A stretch of 64,000 bases of DNA. Source: Tubulanus polymorphus. Its lineage: Eukaryota; Animalia; Nemertea. The translations under genes and the position numbers were made by a program. Positions 60,065-64,000 of this stretch are shown here, piece after piece. Where the stretch lies: contig NC_134031.1 in the NCBI RefSeq assembly GCF_964204645.1, positions 1,922,001 to 1,986,000 of the forward strand, written 5' to 3'. Position 1 is the first letter of the stretch. Each line of letters opens with the position of its first letter. The notes below the pieces were generated by a model that had not been told where the DNA came from, made no database searches, and saw nothing but the letters and a program-made list of their open reading frames with translations.

Positions 60065-63000
60065 TCAACTCGCGTCTAGATTATCGAGAGACCGCGACAA
60101 TCTATCGTCGATCGTCGAGTTGAGAGTGTTTTTGACGGTGGCCGACGGAGAACCGAATGAATCCCAGGTCATCGTTCCGAACCCACTCGATGTCGCGTTA
60201 CCCAAACTGTTATAACTCTGACTCCATGATTTTAACAACTGAAATAAATGAGAAAATGCATGAAAATCGATACAGAAACCGCCTCTGGAAAATGTTGTAA
60301 AACGATTTCATGTATGTTTTAATCTCCAGCTTGGATTCAGCACCCCCTCAGACATTACCCAAGACATTTCTTATTGGAAATTAACAACAGCAGTGGTAGT
60401 GCTGAGACCGGCGAAATGCTACATCACATCGCCAAACACTAGGGACAGAAAATGTTTTTATTACTCTGGTTTCAATGGAATGCCGAATAGATCGGTACCG
60501 CCAGGCGGTCTACTGTTCATACACCAGACATTGGATATTTCATCAGTCTTTTAACAACTGATCATTAAGACTTCAGACAATAATCACGAATACCGGTATC
60601 TGAAGGGTTGCGCGTTCCAAACTGCAGGTTAATTAATACCTGCACTAGATTCTACAAACTATACTAAAATGTGATGAGTGAAAGAGCCTGCAAGTAAGAT
60701 AAAAACCAACTATGTACAATTAAAAGAATTTAAAATTGAGAATTTATTTATTTTAATTGTACATAGTGGGTTGTTACCTTATTATCTGTTCTCCACATTT
60801 GAGTGTGGTTATCGTACTACTAGCCTGCAAGTGTCTATTTACAAGGTGGAAATAAGTAAAGTATAATATTCTATTTCTAAAATCTAAGATAGCCATCTTT
60901 TCTCAAAGGATCTTCGCGTATAATTTGGAATGTACATTTTCAGCGTCACAAGCGAATTTCAAGCGGCATTTTCTAATTTTACCTTTAAGCTAAATAACAT
61001 TGCCCTAAAACGAATTAATAGTGATGACAAACACGCATTACAAATAAGAATATATCAAACGGAATTTTAAAACCAACAGTCAAACTCAAGAAAGTCATCA
61101 TGCAATAAGTCGTTGCATTACTTGAGTCATCATTATTTTCGAGTCTCAATAATGTGTATTTCCGTTTCAATTTTCGTAGTATATTTAATGATTGTCCCAA
61201 CGATGAGGACTTCAGCGAGTTTGACTATATTTTCGAACGATGGAACCGACCTCTTTATGTCGTTCTTTCTGAGCCTCGCGGAGGGCTTTCTCCGCGTCTT
61301 GTTTGTGCTTGTTGATCATACACACTCGATCCTGTAGCTGCACGTTCTCTTCTTCGAGAAATCGACACCGCACTTCCAACATGGCCGCCGTACGCGATTT
61401 ATCTCGCCAACGTTCTTCCTCTTCGGTCAATCTGTAAGCGATCAAATTTTGAAGCATGAAATCAAATAATTAAATTAAAACCGTATGATCAAAACTGACG
61501 ACAAATTTAGTAACTTGTTTACTGGTATCGAGAATTAAAATCCTATCTTAACCCACAACGTTCCTGAATCTCTTTTAAGAGCCTTTGAAGAGAGTCTGAA
61601 ACCATTGCATCTCAATTTTTTATTTTAATTCTTGATAAATAAATCAGAGCCTAACTAGCTTAATCTTTCAAACTATACAAGTGGGTTTTCATCTTATCTT
61701 ATCATCTACTCTCAACGTCTGACTGAGCGTCTATTTTACTCTTTTTTAAAATCAATTCAGTAAAATTTGCCGCCAGGATTCAAGGCCGACGCGTTCAGCT
61801 TCTAACGCTACCTCGTCATTAACTGTCGTTTCTCTTTCATCAGTAGTTTATTATCGCAGATCGTTTTTTCTTTCAGTTCGATCTCTTTCGTCAAGGTGAT
61901 TCCCTTCAAATTCAACTCTTGCTCCAGTTTCATCCCGTATTCGCGCAGTTTGTACTTTTCGCGATTGAAAATTTCCCTGAAAAGCGACAAGGAGAATTTA
62001 CTTGATTTTCCGATTTAAGACGGATTGAAAAATTGCCAAAAAACCAGGGACTGGTTGCATAGTCGTCATGGGTTAGACTTAAGACCAGTCTCAGACCAAC
62101 TTAGTTCTATAGCCAATCTAACAATCTAGGACCAGACTCAACATTTAAGACCACTTTTGGACTTAAGTCACGACTGTGCAACTGGCCGCAGGATTAAACC
62201 GCTATAATCAAACTAACTAAACGAAAAATCGAGTTTTCCTTGAACTCGTGTAACCGACCTGGCTTTCTGTAATTTCGCTTTGTGGTGTTGTTTTCGTTCT
62301 TCGTAGCGTTTGAGCAAAGCGTCGAATCGATCCTGGACGGATGAATATTCGTGTTGTACTCGCGACAGCTCCCGGTGACTATACGTCAACTTATCGGTTA
62401 ACAACTTCTTATTCGATTCACACGTGCATTGCTAAAATAAAGTGACCAAAAAATCAACTAATTGTCATATATGAATCAATATATGTCACTAGATTGAGAG
62501 AGGCCAGCTGCCCTCATCACCAGGGACCGGTTGCATAGTCATGGCTTAGGCTTAAGACCAGTCTAAGACCAACTTTGTTCTATAGCCATTCTAACGACTT
62601 ACGACCAGTCTTAAGATTTAAGACCACTTTTGGACTTAAGTCACGACTGTGCAACTGGCCCCAGGATCTGAACTTATGAACCCTGGATCAACAAGAAGCT
62701 AGTGAAAGACCGACCGACTAACTGATCCCGAATTGACGAGCGTGCAGGAATCTCACTTACGGCATCTTGAGCAGTTTTTAAAGCGCGCTGCGAAGCGGCG
62801 TTTTGATTTTCTAACTCGACGATGCTGTGCTGTAGATATTGATTCTGCGCTAGTAGGTGGCGCTCGTGCGTCTTTAATTGTTCCAACTCCGATTGCACGC
62901 TGTCATCATCCTGCTTATCAATCATTCTACAAAACAAAAATCAAACATTCAGAAAACAGAAATCAATCATAGAACATTGAAATATTATAAATTATTGTGA

Positions 63001-63665
63001 AAATTAGAGAATTGTAGAATTCGGCACACCTCTCTAATGCACTACACATTTTTAGCAAAATAAGATTAGGCAAATTTATGTACAACTTCACCAATATTGT
63101 TTGTGCTCTTTGCCTTGTTTGCAAAGTGGCAGAAATTTCATTTATATGCAAAATCATCCTTGTGTTATACATGATGGTTATAATGCTATACTACCCGGGT
63201 ACCAAATTACAAGCATACATTATTATGAAACTAAAAATTACTCATTTGTTAGGAAATACCAAAGCCTTTAGAAGCATTAGCTTTTGATTTCTAAATCGAG
63301 GGCTAGTTCCGCAGGTCTAAATGGCTCTAAATGACTTCTTTTTCAATATTGGTAAAATCCTATCTCAAAACCGTGGAACTGGCTCCAGAAATGCTTAGTC
63401 CAGTATCATAAAGCTTGTAAATTTCATCAAAAATAAGAAGACTGTCATCAAAAACTAATGATAATTCAACCTAGAGTCTGTTAAACCTGCATTATTCTGT
63501 GAGATTATGATGTTTAATCAGGATTTCTCATAAGCTCAATGAATTTCTTAGATCCAAAATGTTCCGAATTAAACAGCTTTGACTCTATTTCTTATGACAA
63601 CAAAATTACGCACAACAATCAATGATTACTACGACTAATAATTTTACCTCTGTTCCTCAGCGTCG
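60065..63665 (-). CDS. CCDC30: CCDC30-like coiled-coil protein, 3' portion; the gene continues beyond the window end
   Basis: Exons 63665-63648, 62926-62761, 62431-62259, 61976-61812, 61431-61251, 60238-60065. Heptad-rich. KRYEERKQHHKAKLQKAR, DNKLLMKEKRQL and RCRFLEEENVQLQD resemble the vertebrate CCDC30 C-terminal segments as I recall them (not searched). Confidence 0.7.
62048..62188. mobile_element. Harbinger/PIF-like MITE, same family
   Basis: CCAG|GGACTGGTTGCATAGTC...GACTGTGCAACTGGCCG|CAGG; internal CTTAAGACCAGTC repeats. Confidence 0.85.
62524..62661. mobile_element. Harbinger/PIF-like MITE, same family
   Basis: CCAG|GGACCGGTTGCATAGTC...GACTGTGCAACTGGCCC|CAGG. Confidence 0.85.
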
Positions 63666-64000
63666 CTGTGTAAGACAAATATAAAATAACAATCAGATTA
63701 ATGAACCTGAAAGGCGCGATTCTGCTCTGTATTCTTTAAGGGAACTAGAAAATCTAGACTGTAAAAATTATCCGGATCCAACCCCAAAGTTTTGTCGTTT
63801 CCAAGACGCAAAAACTATCAAGCTCAGATCAGTCGTCACTATTTGAGTATCTCAATTTACTGAATCTATTTTGTCAGTCCCAGCCACGACGACTTTACAT
63901 GAGGCATGAAATTGACGGTAGTATTTTATTTGTAATGATGATATTTACGAACCTCTGTAATTTTTGCTCGTCTATCGACGCTTTAAGTCTCGCTATTTCA

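Overview
Intron-rich, AT-rich eukaryotic DNA from an invertebrate animal (lophotrochozoan-like; the species cannot be fixed from sequence alone). Eight protein-coding loci are readable: (1) Drosha, 5'-truncated, 24 exons, + strand, <1-10679; (2) a single-exon MS4A/CD20-like four-TM protein (18020-19153); (3) a minus-strand C2H2 zinc-finger gene (23729-20902) whose inferred 5' leader carries several uORFs; (4) and (6) two colinear, single-coding-exon LRR-TM receptor paralogs (30441-32351, 44098-46005) sharing an extra Cys-closed LRRCT loop and a C-terminal RLES-x-hydrophobic PDZ motif; (5) an intronless SLC18A/VMAT-like MFS transporter that appears to lack the charged coupling residues (39384-40757); (7) a classical calpain (48512-57744) with a U12-type intron and a probable 12-nt microexon; (8) the 3' part of a CCDC30-like coiled-coil gene on the minus strand (>63665-60065). 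Non-coding DNA holds several MITE families (including a Harbinger-like family with CAG target duplications and a long-TIR TAYGG/IS3EU-like element), tRNA-derived SINE-like heads, micro- and minisatellites, and an inverted Penelope-like relic with a hammerhead ribozyme core just downstream of the calpain stop. Exon models were read by eye from GT-AG sites and frame continuity, with no transcript evidence. No CRISPR or prokaryotic system is supported.
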